Below are positions 39,624 to 54,272 of a stretch of DNA of 64,000 bases, in pieces. The stretch is from Chrysomallon squamiferum (Eukaryota > Animalia > Mollusca). How positions within the stretch are numbered: the stretch's first letter is position 1; each line of letters starts with the position of its first letter. The position numbers and the translations under genes are program-made. The DNA is taken from contig CM022670.1 in the NCBI GenBank assembly GCA_012295275.1, positions 3,844,001 to 3,908,000 of the forward strand, read 5' to 3'. The notes under the pieces were generated by a model. It made no database searches. It was given only the letters and a program-made list of their open reading frames with translations, and had not been told where the DNA came from.

Positions 39624-40025
39624 AAGGAACCGTGTGCAAGAGAAGTGTCTGTGTCTGATTCCGAAGAAAAAAATGGCACCTCTGATGCCAATTTACGAAC
39701 ATCAATGTCCCGCAAAAACTTGGAAACAATTGTGGAAGCCATTCGACATTTAGAAGGTGATAGGATTTTATTCGACGAGCGAAAGGCTGACGAGAAGCAG
39801 CCGATTGCTGCCAGTGAGGAGAGTGAAAAAGACAGTAGTGATCACGAGGAGAGCAAGTCGGACAGTTCTGGCCGAGACTCGCCTGTGTGCTACGCCCAGC
39901 TACATTCACTGCCAACTGTTTGTCATAAAACATTCACAGAAAAATACCCAATGCAGAACACTTTGCTGAATCACCCCATTCCACCTCAGTACTACAGACC
40001 AGGAGTGATTGTGCACAAGTCTTGA
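39624..40025 (+). CDS. TFAP4: TFAP4 terminal coding exon (TIV motif)
   Basis: Acceptor tttacag|AAG. Reads KEPCAREVSVSD...SRKNLETIVEAIRHLEGD...RPGVIVHKS to TGA. Confidence 0.92.
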   Translation, partial: KEPCAREVSVSDSEEKNGTSDANLRTSMSRKNLETIVEAIRHLEGDRILFDERKADEKQPIAASEESEKDSSDHEESKSDSSGRDSPVCYAQLHSLPTVCHKTFTEKYPMQNTLLNHPIPPQYYRPGVIVHKS

Positions 40026-40322
40026 GAGACTGCACGGCATACTTTTTTTCTTTCTTCTCTTTCAGAAACTGAGAGAAACAGAGAGAGAGAGAGAAAGAAA
40101 TACAGTATAAAAAACAAACTGAGAAATATATTCCAGAGTCTATTGGTTCAATTCCTGACGGTGGAGCTCATTGTTCTTAGGAAGCTTCATTTCATTTTGT
40201 GCATTGCAAAAACTGAAATCTTTTTTAATTAAAGATTGTGAACATTTCACTCCTTTGAAGATTTAACTTTTTATTATTATTATTATTTTTTTTTTTTTAA
40301 TGTTTTTTATTATTATTATTAT

Positions 40323-40361
<39 letters not shown>

Positions 40362-43300
40362 AGTCGACTGGGAAGAAAAGAAAACATCACTGATGTAATA
40401 ATAAGAAGATAATATTATTAAGCTAGGGGTGAAATGTTTACTACATTTTCTTGTTTCCATTTGTCATCCCTCATTTGTAAATTGATAAATTATTGTGGAT
40501 GCTATCACCCCTTGATGATGTCATGGACTAGTCAATGTGGAGTGAAGTGGGTAGAATAGACCATCCGTCTAGAGGTGAAACTAGCGTTTCATTTGTCACT
40601 GTAAATTGATTGGAACTTCATCCCTTCATGTATATTTGTATAGTTGTTATAAGCATCTTATAATTCATGTAAATCCCTCATTCATTGATTCATCATCCAT
40701 CATCATTATCAATCATCAATTCAAGTGAAAATGTATTTAAGTTATGAATGATTGTTGATTTTAATAATTATTGAGAGATTTAATATATTTATATACCAAG
40801 AGCATCAACTTTTGATACAGATTGTTAATTGTTTGCCAGTATCATTATTATTAATTATTTTTAATGTTGTTTTTTTTCCCATTCATTGCGTGTACGAATG
40901 TATTTTAAGTAAGACATCTTCACTGTGTTTTAATTCTGTCTGCTTCATCGTATCAGCATTCTCAAGTCACCACCTTAGTGCCAAAATCTTCTTCACACCT
41001 TCCAAAATTTTCAAACTAACAAGTTTTATTAACATAATATATACTGATTCTTTTATTGTGTTTTTGCTTATTTATTTTTCAAATTTTTTTTTTTTAATAT
41101 CCATTAGAGAACAATAAATTTTGGTTTAATATTCTTTACTAAATGCAATCTCCATTATTACAAAATAAGAGCTTGAGGTTTTTTTGCTCTTTTTTTTTTA
41201 AACAATAAAACCTGAAGCATATGTAATCATCAATTAACAAATTTTGAAAATCCAAAAAGTAAAAAATAAACAAAGATCGAGTGATTGTATGACACATTTA
41301 AAGTGACTTTTTTCCCCCAGTTGACTTGCAGAGTGCCAGCTGTTTTTCTGGTCCAATTCCCCATTGCCTTATTTTAGCAAACAATCAGTTAATAAATAAA
41401 CTGTACTTTAGGCAAAGAAATTGACAGAGTATGACATACCAGCACAGTTATTTTGACCTTTTCTCCTTTAATTTTTATATTTATATATAAATGTATATAC
41501 ATACACATAATTTTACTTCTATTGCATTTTTTCTGCTTTTATTAAAATGTATTTTCAAAATTTTTATCCAGAATTTAAACATTAATTTTTCTGTACTTTT
41601 AAAATAACTTTAATTCATCTGTCTAACACAATGGTAACATTCCATTAAAACAAAATCAATAATTTTTCATTAACTAAGTTTTTAAAAAAAAAAATTCTCT
41701 CACCTTTCATACATATAGTATTTATATATATATACATACATATATATATGTATTACGAACTATGCAGGAAATTGTTTTGCACAATCAAAATATTTACAGT
41801 GAAATAATGTGTGTTTATTTTTGTGGTAAAGCTAAAGGTGTGTGACTGAGTGCACTTATATTTTTCAGTCTGTTTTTAGCAAAGCTACTAAAACAAAAAA
41901 CATAATAATAAATTTTAAAATTCTGCTGACCAAGATCTAAGTTTTATAAGTCTATTAGAGTGAGCAGAAATAAATAAATAAATTTTAACACACACAAACA
42001 TAACACACTGGAGATAATGGAATATGTTTTTGTATTATTTTTTTATTATTATTATTATTATTATTGTTTTCCTTAAATAAATTTTCTGACATAAATTTTT
42101 CAATAGAATTCTGTTTTAAGAATGTGGGTGAAAATAAATGTATGATAATAGATTTACCTACTTCTTGCTGGAGTTTAAACACAATAGTAAACTGGTTTAT
42201 GATCCCTGTTTTATTATTATTATTATTATTATGATTATAAACAGAGTGATTTCTATATTCAGACTGGCATTTAATGTTACAAAAGTAAATATTTTCAATC
42301 TGTATTTAGTGGAAAAAAGACCACAGGAAAGGAAAATACAAACATACATGTGTGTATGTTTATAATAAAAAAAATTATTGATTCAAATACAAGAACTGCC
42401 TTAAATTAATCGGTAAAATATAAAGTAACTGTACAATTCAAATGCTGGCAAATATAATGTGAAACTTACGGTTAAGTAACAAATACAGAATGTATCAGAG
42501 TTGTGTTCTTGGCATTAAACTTTGTATAGATGTACATAGTTGTTACATGCTTTTTGTGTGGGCCAAACTTTCTGTTGTCTTCAAATGATGATCAATATTT
42601 GACTTAAATGTTTATCTTTTTTAATTTTTTTTATTTCTTTCTTTCTCCAACAAAACATTAATCTGATTAATTCTTGCTTGTTAACTGCATGTTTATTAAT
42701 GAGATGATTTTTTAAAATAAATTTAAAGAGGTTAATTCTTAAAATTAAATTTTGATGTTCATATTTATTATTTTTCTTGTTGCAGTATGTTCATATTTAA
42801 AAATGTTAATCCATTTTTTAAATATCACTTGAAATTATTTTAATTTTCTCTATTTCATTAATAATGAAATTAAGGTTGATGTTTGAAGAAGGTGATTAAG
42901 AATTGTTACCTTTGTTATTTTAAACTGATGATTATTTGAAACTTAGTAAGAAAAATAAATATATAAGAACAGGTATTTATTGGGATTAGATTTTTTAGTC
43001 CATCTATTATAATTACCTATATGATTCTTATTATTTAAGTGAAAATTATTTTATAGCAATCAGCCAAAATATTTTTTTTATAATTTTTTTTATTATTATA
43101 TATATATTTTTGCTTTATAAATTACTTTTGCAGACATTTTTAATGCAAGTACAAATATCCTATTATCAAAACACATTCATTATTTTGTTTGTCCAGTATT
43201 ATTCACGTTAAGAAACTCCTAATGAAACACCTTCATACATTCAGACAATCTGAGTGACTGTGAAACGAAATTTCTTGATTAAAAACAAATCTTTGTACTG

Positions 43301-43769
43301 TTTTAAAAATTACTGAAAATATTCCAGTAAACGGAAAACGATAAAGGCTTTAAATTGGTCGTTTTTAGATGATTTGAAAAATACAATTTAATGTTTTGTT
43401 AGGCTTGTTTTATGTTGTATCAGCTTAGACTATACTGCCAAACATAATGATGGACATTTTTGAAGATACTCCGAGTTTAAAAACTCAGAAAAATTGATTA
43501 AGATGTGAATGCAGATTTCTAATTATCGTATTCCTAAACAGCTTAATAACATTTTGTTACCCTCACTTCATAAACACACATCACAGTATTTCAGTATTGA
43601 AAGTGACAGAAAATAAACAATTCTTTAACAATTTATTGTTTATCAGTAAAATAATTATTACAGATAAAATTAAATTTTTGTGGAAAAATATGAAATGAAT
43701 GTTAAATCTATTTTTTAACTTCTGACGGTCTCATGCAGTTGTGAATTGCCGTGTTCTTTGCTGTATGAT

Positions 43770-43815
43770 AATAAACCAGCTTTGTGCTGCTAGAATCTTG
43801 TGGTTTTGTGTTTTA
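43770..43815 (+). terminator. Candidate distal polyadenylation signal of TFAP4 (AATAAA plus downstream GT-rich element)
   Basis: AATAAA at 43770-43775 is followed about 25 nt later by tgtggttttgtgtttt. Other AATAAA hexamers lie nearer the stop codon. Confidence 0.4.
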
Positions 43816-45774
43816 TTCTTATTCCTATTAGTACTGCCAGGATGAAAGTTTTGTGGACATACATTTATTACACTTTTCATAAAGTACTTAAAGGGGTTTC
43901 TAAATCTCAGAATACATTGAAATAAGAAATTGTTTTTATGACGAGGTAATTGTTGTTTGTCTAGTTTAACTTGTTTTCTTCCTAATAAGGATGCGACTTT
44001 CCCAGCTTTTTAATTGTGAATTTTAAAACATTTGGTACAGAATAAAATACTCTAACCTTGAAAGGGGCTGAGGTTTCAAAATGAATACGACATTTGAATA
44101 CAAACGATTTAACATGTGTTTTAAGCATTTTGTTACAGTCATAAAAAAAAAACCCACGTATGTCTAGGTTTCATTCCAAATTACAGATGTCAATGTTCTA
44201 AAGACATTATTTCGCATTCTGGTAGGAAATATAGGTGAAATATGTAACAGTACATCCAGATGAGAGAATGGGATTTTGCAGTCTTGTCTTAAGAAAGCTA
44301 TTTTCGGTGTTTTAAATGTATCTAACAGGCACAAGCATATATTCCTATTGTTGTAAGATGTATGGTAATCCATGTTTCTGATGGTGAATTCATTTCAGTA
44401 TGTACGCTCTTACAATGAGGAATTCAGGTAATGTTCACTACAAAAGGTGTACACTGTGAAAAGGAAATCTAAACCAAAAAAAAAATTAAAAAATAATCCT
44501 ACATTTTTGTTTGAATGTACTTTATAGATGTCCTCTCACGCCAATTTAACTGATGAAGTTTATGGCATTCAGCCAAACAGAAGAATGTTTCTAATACATG
44601 ATTCATCCTTATCAAGGGTGTGGATTGTCTTGTGATGGAAGCTCTGAAGAGAGTCATTATGTTTTGTATTTTCTTATCTGCTTGTTTTTATCGAGGTTTA
44701 TTGCGCGTTTAAAGGTACAGAGTTAAAATGTAAAAATAAATAAAAACTCTTAATTACAGAGCCGAGGACTGCACTAACCCTTCTGAAAGCAGTGTTCCAT
44801 TTAATGTGGTGTCTCATTTCACCGATTGTCGTCTCTTGAGTTTGTATTTTATTCGATAAAAATTACGGTATCGCGGCTTTTCTCTTTCATATTAATTTTT
44901 AAACACCGCCCTGGAAAAAAACAAACAAAAAAATTCTCTAATGTAGATATAATACGTACTTAAATATTCAGATGTGACGACAATAACAAAAAAAAAAAAG
45001 AAAAAAATAAGAAGAAAACAACAACAAACAAAAAATAATAATAATGATAATGAAACAACATAAAAATAATAACGCGTATTTGACATCTGATAACGATGCT
45101 TTATAAAATGCTGATATATCACTCGTTACTTCTGACGATTCATATACAACTGGTAATCACGACGACATCAAACTTCTCTCTCTCTCTCTCACTTTGCGTC
45201 TGAGTTTATACTGGAACGGGAACGTATCGGCTTGTCATTCGTCGTAATTAAGGGTCTGAGTTTGTCTGCCTGAACTGATCAAACTTCCGAGGATTTGAAT
45301 AGCGTTGCCTTACATCAGAAATACAGCCGTGTTATCAGGACGTCTTGACCAGGGTCGTATCACCGCGTATCATCATCATCGTCATCATCCTATCACATGA
45401 CGCAACGACGTTGCGCAAACATCCGCATACTACGTATTAACCAGTCACAGTTAATTTGCTGTTTTTCCTTGTGAGTGTGTAATTCTTATTACGTCTCCAC
45501 AAACTGTTCGACCATGCTTGTCCTGGGCTCGAAGCTTATTTATTTACAAGCATAACGATGTTGTTTGTATCGTCTTCTTTGCGGTTTCTAATTATCACTA
45601 TATTATAATAGCTTATATTTAGATGCACGTTTTATTTGTCTACTGAAGGCACAACTCATTATCAAATGTACTTTAAACCGGATGACCCAAAGTATGCATT
45701 TAGTTTTAAAGTGGTTGTAACTATGAAACTACTTTATTATCAAGACATTATGTATTATCTATATATATATATAT

Positions 45775-45780
<6 letters not shown>

Positions 45781-45859
<79 letters not shown>
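45781..45859. repeat. (GA)n microsatellite
   Basis: Directly visible. Confidence 0.95.
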
Positions 45860-45864
<5 letters not shown>

Positions 45865-46989
45865 TATTATTATTTTCACCCTCTTGACTTTTCTATTTTA
45901 TTTCTTTGAACGTGTATACACGGGGTGGGCGGGTGGTATCGTTGTTCGCCTCTGGAGTGTGGGTGAACGGGTGCCATACGTTCGTGTCTCGCAGGAGCAT
46001 CTGATGTTTTTGTTGTGGTTAATGGACTCTAACATGTTGTGCCAGTGCTTTCAGAATACTGTCCATGTGCAGAGTGTAATCAGAAGTAATTAAGGCAATA
46101 GAATATTCATTCCTGAATAAATACATACACACATATATAAAAATCATGGATAGATAGATCGATAGGTTATATGAGTAAACATACATACACATATACGAAA
46201 CAGGCAGACGTATAATTATTAAAGTACCGCTTGTTTATTTTTTCTTATTATTTTTTTTATTTTTTTTTTTTTTTTTTTTTTTTTAACTCTTTTTGGCCCA
46301 CTTACTGTGCGTCTAGATTCAGAACGTGTTTACAATATGTCGTTGTGTACCGCTATTCAAGCAGAAGTCGATGGTTGTTGTGTCTGGCGCACAGCGACAA
46401 CAGCCCATCGTCAGCGACAGTCCATTGATGCTGCAGTTCTGGTAACCTGATAATTACGCTGGCCAGCTGTGCACTAGTACAACACGTGCAGCTGGGATCA
46501 GCAGGCAGTCTGTCGTAATGATCTACATCGACATAATTAAATAGCTGACACGTTCTGCATAACCGTAGGTGGATAGAGTGAGACAGATTTTCGTAGACTG
46601 TTGTTGTTGTTGTTGTTGTTCTTGTCGTTAAGTGTCACATGGTGGTTGCTGACCGTGTAATTTAAAGTGTGTCTAAGTGTATATGTGTGTATGTGTGTGT
46701 GTGTTTGTTTTGTTTTTGTTGATACGTATGTCCGTATTTATGTACAGATAGACAGACAGATAGGTAGATGTATAGATGGACAAATGGACGGATGGATGAA
46801 TGTATGGATAGATGGATGGATTGATCAATAGGTAAATGGAATTCGGGACTTATAATCAGACTGATAGAAAGACAGATAAAAAAAACAACAAACTGTTTAT
46901 CATAATTTTAAACAGTAAATAAAATAAAATAAAATAAAAATAGAAATAGAAATAAAAAATAAAATTAAAATTAAAATTAAATGTAATAA

Positions 46990-47020
<31 letters not shown>

Positions 47021-47948
47021 AAGGAGGAATAAAAAGGAAATAAAAGACATCAATACGACGCTGTTGATAACAGGACTGTCAGTAGTAACACTTGTTCCGA
47101 GTTTCCTCTCGACAAATACAAGGAAATGAAATAATTGTAATAATGATGAATTTTTATTTCTAAATTCCAGTTTAAATGAGTAAAATGTTTTTCATGACAA
47201 AAATTAAGTGTATATTAAAGAATTTCATAACATAAAAATTATTTCTGAAAAATATATCTTGATTTTATTTATTATTATTATTTTTTTATCATTAATATTC
47301 TCAACAATTTTACTACGAAAAATATCACCATCATAAACTTCTTTTTTTTCATTATTATTATTATTATATTATATTCATCATCATCATCATCATCAATTAT
47401 TATCACAATCACAGCCATCCATCGTCACCGACAACAGTATTGTTATTATCCTGAAATAAGCGCAAGGCGTCATAGAAGGGCAAAAATAAGGAAATCACCC
47501 AAACAAATGACAGATACCACTGGAAACAGCAGACGACGTAATTATCCACAGATCAAGTAAGTAGATCTCGAAGACGTATCAATGCCGCGGAGATGCGAGG
47601 CAAGCCTTGCCTCGGTCGATGATGGGCAAACGGCAGAGTCTACTAGCGATCAAATATGTGTGGCAGGAGCCAGGGCATGGTGACACCACGTTACCTTGAA
47701 GACAATAACAAGGTCAGACTGTCTAGCACGAATACAAATAAAATAGTATCAGACGAGATTGTAAGTTGGGGCGGGCAGGCGGTCTGCGTTTCACTAAAAG
47801 CAGACGATCAGTTCGTGATTGTCTGGCGCAAGTCTAGCTGTCGCAGAATAAAAAAAAATATATTTATAATTGTTTTTATACAAGGAAAGTACTGATAATT
47901 TCAGTAAGTAATAAAAAAATATTTCGCTGCTCTGAGTATTGCAGCATG

Positions 47949-47981
<33 letters not shown>

Positions 47982-48351
47982 TTATTTTTAAATCTATACA
48001 CATGAGTATATGTAAATGTATATTAATGTGTTGTTAAAAGCAAGTGTCACGTTATTGGATAATGGCGGTATATAAATGTCAGGTACTGTGACTGTTCTTT
48101 ACGATGTGCGTTTGTGGATTTAGCCACTGAAAGAGTTATTCTTTTTCCGACTGACAATGATGAGTGGTTTATGTACACGTGACAAAAGTGAGGATATCGT
48201 ATATAACTATCGGAACAGCACTGCGGGGCACTGTTCAGAAACAGATCGTAATGGAGAATTTCAGGTCAAAAGGTCGGACAGAAACTCTCAAAAAGTGGTG
48301 GTAGGTTCTCTCGTACAGTTCCAGGAGATAAGAAGGAATAAGCACTATTGG

Positions 48352-48356
<5 letters not shown>

Positions 48357-48426
<70 letters not shown>
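48357..48426. repeat. (CT)n microsatellite
   Basis: Directly visible. Confidence 0.95.
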
Positions 48427-48431
<5 letters not shown>

Positions 48432-49376
48432 GTGTTCTTCTCACATTATATTTACAGCAGTTGCAGGCACCAGTGTACTAACTGACCAGTTAAAGGATGT
48501 CTCAACCCTGGTAAAATTTACGTTCTCATAATTCAGTCATCTCCTGACAGTAACATTTTTTTTTCTCTCTCTCTCTCCCCGACTCAGGTCGCACGCGCTG
48601 ACCGAGGTCAGAGGTTGTGCACCTTATGAACTCTTGCCGTAACCACCCGACACTTAACGTCTTTCTCAGTAGAAATCGCATCAAAATCTCATCTTCGTGT
48701 TATTATTTTTCTTTTTCGCTAATAAATTCCTTTACTACCCAAATCTCTGTTTGTCGCTTGTTTCCCCAACACTCCATTCTGCCCTGCTCCTCCCACTTCT
48801 CGCTAATCCCACTCGACTGAAACACGGCGCTGGGTTTCTCATACACATCTCTACAGGGAGGAGATTCACGCGAAAAAAAAAAAAAAAAAAAAAAAATTCA
48901 AACTATTTCCCACCCTTCTTGTCGAGAAATCAGGCTTAAAATGTAACAGGGTTCCACGTAGGGGTCTTTTCCAAACAAATTTCTGCTTTTCAGTCTTAGA
49001 AAGATATATCTAAGGTCACATTTTTTGAAGATATTTTTTTTTTTTTTTTTTTTTTTTTAAAAATGATACAATAGTTTACTGTTTCGCTGAGTCGAGGAAC
49101 AGCTAGGGTTCAGATGTGGGATGTCCTTTCATCACAGTGTGACGCAGGCCAATCTATTATGTTATTCTCCTTATTGTCGTTTCATGACTGCCTTGAAGAA
49201 AAGGTATCCATTAGCACTAACAATACGTTGATTGTTATGATATATTATAAAACTGTTCTTTGATATAATTATCTTCTCCAAGTGTCACCTACAACTCTTC
49301 AGGATGCCCTCGGATTGATTCATTTCAGAAAGAATTACCTACTTAGGTGCTGTGTAAAGTGTATTCAAGCTCCTCT

Positions 49377-49444
<68 letters not shown>

Positions 49445-50837
49445 CGTGCTATGTTGCACGAACATCCTCAGTGAGCCCATAGCTATTTTTGCCCGTTCCA
49501 GCCAATGGGCCGTGACGGTATTGTCAGAGGCTTGTGATATATTTTATGTTTTCCTGTTTAACCGACAACAGAGGCCCGCACGTAGTGGGTTTCCTGTATG
49601 ATTTTATTATATGAGGAAAAAAACGAAAAAACAAACAAAAAAAATCCTGTTATTATTAATGAAATGTCATCAGGTGACACTAAATAATGTGTTAATTCAT
49701 TTGCAAAAAAAGAGTCTAACTCAGTGATACAAAATGATAGGTTATAGTCACTGATTTCAGATATATATGGCATTATAGTGCTGAAAAATTAAAATAGTTT
49801 TAAAACAATCACAATAACAAATTATCACTTACTTTAGGCCTGGAATAAAAAAAAAAAAACACAAGTATTTAAATCCTTTCATGACGTCGATAAAATAATA
49901 CGGTTTGAAATTATTCGTTTCAAATCTCCGAAAATGCAAATTCATAAATATATAATAAAATTGTCTTTTATAAGGATTATTTTCTGTGGATTGTAATTAA
50001 ATTTACGATTTTGAAATTTCTATTTTATTTTATGAAATTCTACAAGCAGTCCTTCAGATGTGACCAAGCAGAAGATTATTAATATTTTTCTGGTTTTCAA
50101 TTCTCCATCTCCTTTTTTCCCCAGTACACCTACGCACACATCAAATCACACACAAAACAATCCACAGTTACACACTCACAGAGAGACAAAAAAAAAGCCG
50201 ATCGATCAGTATCTTCTTTTTTTTTTTTTATTGATTTAGGGTTTTTTGATATTTTTTTTTTATGTTTTTTTTTTAGTTTTTTTTATTTCAGTCCAAGGTT
50301 TCTTCTCCGCCCACATGTTTAATAAAGCTGCGGAAAAGGACACAGAGACTCAAAGTTGAGTGATTTTAATGATATTTCAACTAACTCCTCATCGATCTGG
50401 TTTTGAATGCCAGTGATGACTAGGTTACTGGGAGAACGACGCCTCAGGATTCTTTCCAGCGTTTTGTAAATAGCAACACATCTTGTTATCGTAATTGAAG
50501 TATAAAAAAAAAAAAAAAAAAAAAAAAGAAAAGAAAAATAAACAGAGAAAAAGAAAAAGAAAAGAAGAAAGAAAGAAAGAAAAGATAAAAGAAAAGAAAA
50601 GAAAAAGACAGAAAAAAAAGAGAAAGATAAAAGAAAAGAAAAGAAAAAGAAAGAAAGAAAGAAAAAACTGTCTTTAGTCGATGATTCCTTTTTTAGGTTA
50701 TTCATGGGGAAATACGGAACTTCATATTTCAGAAATGAAAATAATTAATTTAACAACAGTAATGTGATTTTACTTAATAATGTTATCATTAAAAAATATT
50801 TAAAAAGAAAAACTGTGATGTGTTAAATGAACTGTGC

Positions 50838-51048
50838 TATACTATTCTATACTATACTATACTATACTATACTATACTATACTATACAATACTATACTAT
50901 ACTATGCTATACTATACTATACTATACTATACTATACTATGCAATGCAATACGATACGATACGATACTATACAATACTATACTATACTATTCTATACCAT
51001 GCTCTATATGTAGACAGATACACATATACATACACAGAAACCTATATA

Positions 51049-51139
<91 letters not shown>
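50838..51139. repeat. (ACTAT)n pentanucleotide tract followed by (CT)n
   Basis: Directly visible. Confidence 0.93.
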
Positions 51140-51141
<2 letters not shown>

Positions 51142-51549
51142 GTCCAGTGTATTTTTAACGATGTTTATTACATCACGTTCTTGAGCTGTTACGTTCCACC
51201 ACTAAATAAACCTACTGCTTCAAATTTAATATCTTTTCAGTTTACAAAATCTCCAAGGAATTACAAAGTTCTTGAATTAAATCAACACGATGAATAATTT
51301 AACGGACTAGTATTTGGACAAAAATTTAAATACAAGAAAAAAAATAAAAAATACCACCCCCTAGCAAGATGTGATAATTGGCAATTACGAATTGAAACTG
51401 TTAAGCTATTCTTGTTGAGCAGTGCATTGAAACACGTGCTGAGTCAAACTATTTGATTTACGTTAATGTTATCTTTTTTTATTATTATTTTTGGGGAGGT
51501 ATAAAACCACTTGCAAAGAATTCTAATCAAGGTTTTTTTTTTTTTTATT

Positions 51550-51651
<102 letters not shown>

Positions 51652-52258
51652 AAGTACAAGCCCAAAATACATACATATAAAAAAGTATCAGTTTTCTATT
51701 TTGAGTTTCAAGCTGTAAAAAACCCATTCCGTACACTCCGGAAATGATAAACGTCATCGTAATCAAATGTGAAAAACCGAAACAAAAATTAATCATTGTT
51801 ATAATTTTTTTCCTTAATGATATATATAATTATTGTGTATATAAGTGTTTCAACAGCCTGCATAGGAAGTGTTCCAGAGAGAAGTGAATGTTACCACAAT
51901 AGCACTTGAAGTTCATAACCATTCATTCAGAATAATCTATTTGACGCAGTAATTTGATTCGTGCCGAGTACTACACAGAGCGGAAGTGTTACTGTAATAA
52001 AACGCCATTTTTATCATTCGTAACAAATCCGGACATACCCGAATGACTTGGTCTCTCAATTCTGATAGTTCCTTCTATCTCTCTCTCTCTCTCTCTCTCT
52101 CTCCCCCCCTCCCCCGTCTCTTCCTATCCCTCACTCTCTTTATCTCTCTATTCTACCTTTCCTTCTCTCTGTTTTCGCCTCGTTGTTATATATTACATTT
52201 ATTCTTTCCTTTTTTTCGTTTGTTTCTATCGCTGTCTCTCTGGGTCTTTCTGTATAGC

Positions 52259-52345
52259 ATGGTATGGTATGGTATGGTATAGTATAGTATGGTTTGGTAT
52301 GGTATGGTATGGTATAGTATAGTATAGTATAGTATAGTATAGTAC
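52259..52345. repeat. (ATGGT/ATAGT)n pentanucleotide tract
   Basis: Directly visible; reverse-complement sense of the (ACTAT)n tract at 50838. Confidence 0.9.
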
Positions 52346-53075
52346 AGTATAACATAGTATAGACAGTACAATATTGTATAATACAGCATAATAATGTACA
52401 ATATAATATAGTATTATATTCTACAGCATTGTATTTCTGTCTCTCTCTCTCTAACATATATAGCTGCACTTTCTAACTCTCCTTTACCATTTTTTTTATC
52501 TTTCTCTCGCTCTTTCTCACTCCCTCCCACTCAGTTTTGTAATCTTTCCTTTTCTTTTTCTGTTTAAATTTCGTTCTTTTTCTGAACGTCTGTCTCTCTT
52601 TCGAACTCATTCGTTCATTCTTTGACTCTCTCTCTTTCCTTTTGTTTGTCTCTCTTTGAATATGTCTCTCATTCACTCACCAATTCACATCCATTAATTA
52701 TTAAAAACAACAACAGTCCGTTTAAACTGCGTTATAATATATTTGATTAAAAATGATTAGAAAAGATATTATTAAGTCTCCTGGCTATAGTTTTTCAGGC
52801 TAATTAGTGTATTGTGTTCTAGATAATGGATTCATTTTTATCATTATAAATACCCAAGAGTGATAAGCTTTAATGGTGCCGTTTGGATAAAACGAATCAC
52901 CAGGGGAGACAAAGAAGATTAATGTATTAAACTGATATTTAAGGTATTTGACTGTTTTATATGAAAATTGAATTTAAAAAAATATAATAACAATGAAAAA
53001 TGAATGTGAATAAATTTGGTCTATTGTTATTTTGGGAGTTTTATATACTGTAATTTTTTGTTGTGTTTATTTTGT

Positions 53076-53257
<182 letters not shown>

Positions 53258-53449
53258 CTGTCTGTCTGTGTGTTCGCTCATCTTTATCATCTTTCCTCAT
53301 GATCGTCATAATCATCATCATCATCATCATTACCATCATCGTTTAAAAAACATTAACAACATAATTATCTTCTTTATAAGCAAAGTGTTTCAAGAATACA
53401 AAAATGCTTGTATTTATATGTGCATTAAATATAACGTCAAATAAATGTT

Positions 53450-53710
53450 CAGGCACGCTCATCGTGGACCACACGGCGCATGCATGTCTGTCTGATGATG
53501 CCCGGTGACTGAATGCTGGATAAAACGCACGAGTGCTTCATTTATTTTTAGACTCGTTTGTAATATCACTTTGATGAATGGGCGTTTAGTCTGATGAATG
53601 GCGGCATAGACAAGAATCGCCAACCCAGGTCACGTGACCACGTCGTTATTCACCTGTCACCGTTCTGTCGTTACGAGGCGTTACTCATTCGACTGTGACG
53701 TCTCAGTGCG
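53450..53710. promoter_or_regulatory. CpG-rich candidate regulatory element with palindromic E-box GGTCACGTGACC (53628-53639)
   Basis: 12-bp perfect palindrome (USF/TFE-type), YY1-like AATGGCGG and CRE half-site TGACGT nearby. Confidence 0.4.
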
Positions 53711-53987
53711 TTTGATATATTCACATATAAATAAATAAGTAGATTTTTCTTTTCTTTTCTTTTTAAAGTCTGAGTGGGTAAATTTTGCTGTTTATATCAC
53801 AAAATTGCTGGTGGGTGCCCTTCATGGGATACGTATGACCTTTGTTTGAGAAATGTATATTATTTAATTCATCGGGTTTTTTTTGGGGGGGGGGTTTGTT
53901 GTTGTTTTGTTTTTTATTTGCTTTGCTTTTACAGTCTAGTAATTCGTGCGTGACAGAAGAAAAAACAAATTTTATATTATATTCAAA

Positions 53988-54272
53988 TATGTATGTATGT
54001 ATGTGTGTGTGTATGTATGTATGTATGTATGTATGTATGTATGTATGAGTGTATGTATGTGTGTGTGTGTGTCTGTGTGTATGTATGTAAGTATGTATGT
54101 GTATGTATGTGTGTGTATGTATGTAAGTATGTATGTGTATGTATGTGTGTGTATGTATGTAAGTATGTATGTGTGTGTATGTATGTAAGTGTGTATGTGT
54201 ATGTATGTATGTAAGTATGTATGTGTATGTATGTGTGTGTATGTATGTAAGTATGTATGTGTATGTATGTAT
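53988..54272. repeat. (TATG)n/(TG)n compound microsatellite with higher-order periodicity
   Basis: Directly visible. Confidence 0.9.

Larger units (their letters stand above)
33179..40025 (+). other. TFAP4: TFAP4 (AP-4) gene, spliced model: join(33179-33267, 34952-35111, 39104-39511, 39624-40025), 1059 nt, 352 aa
   Basis: GT-AG introns with phases 2,0,0. Encodes the AP-4 bHLH RREIANSNERRRMQSINAGFQSL...EKLSKAAILQQT, two leucine zippers and the NLETIVEAIRHLEG motif. Confidence 0.93.

Noticed and set aside
50319-50705. Lys/Arg/Glu-rich and Phe-rich ORFs
   Set aside because: A-rich low-complexity tract; no domain or splice support.
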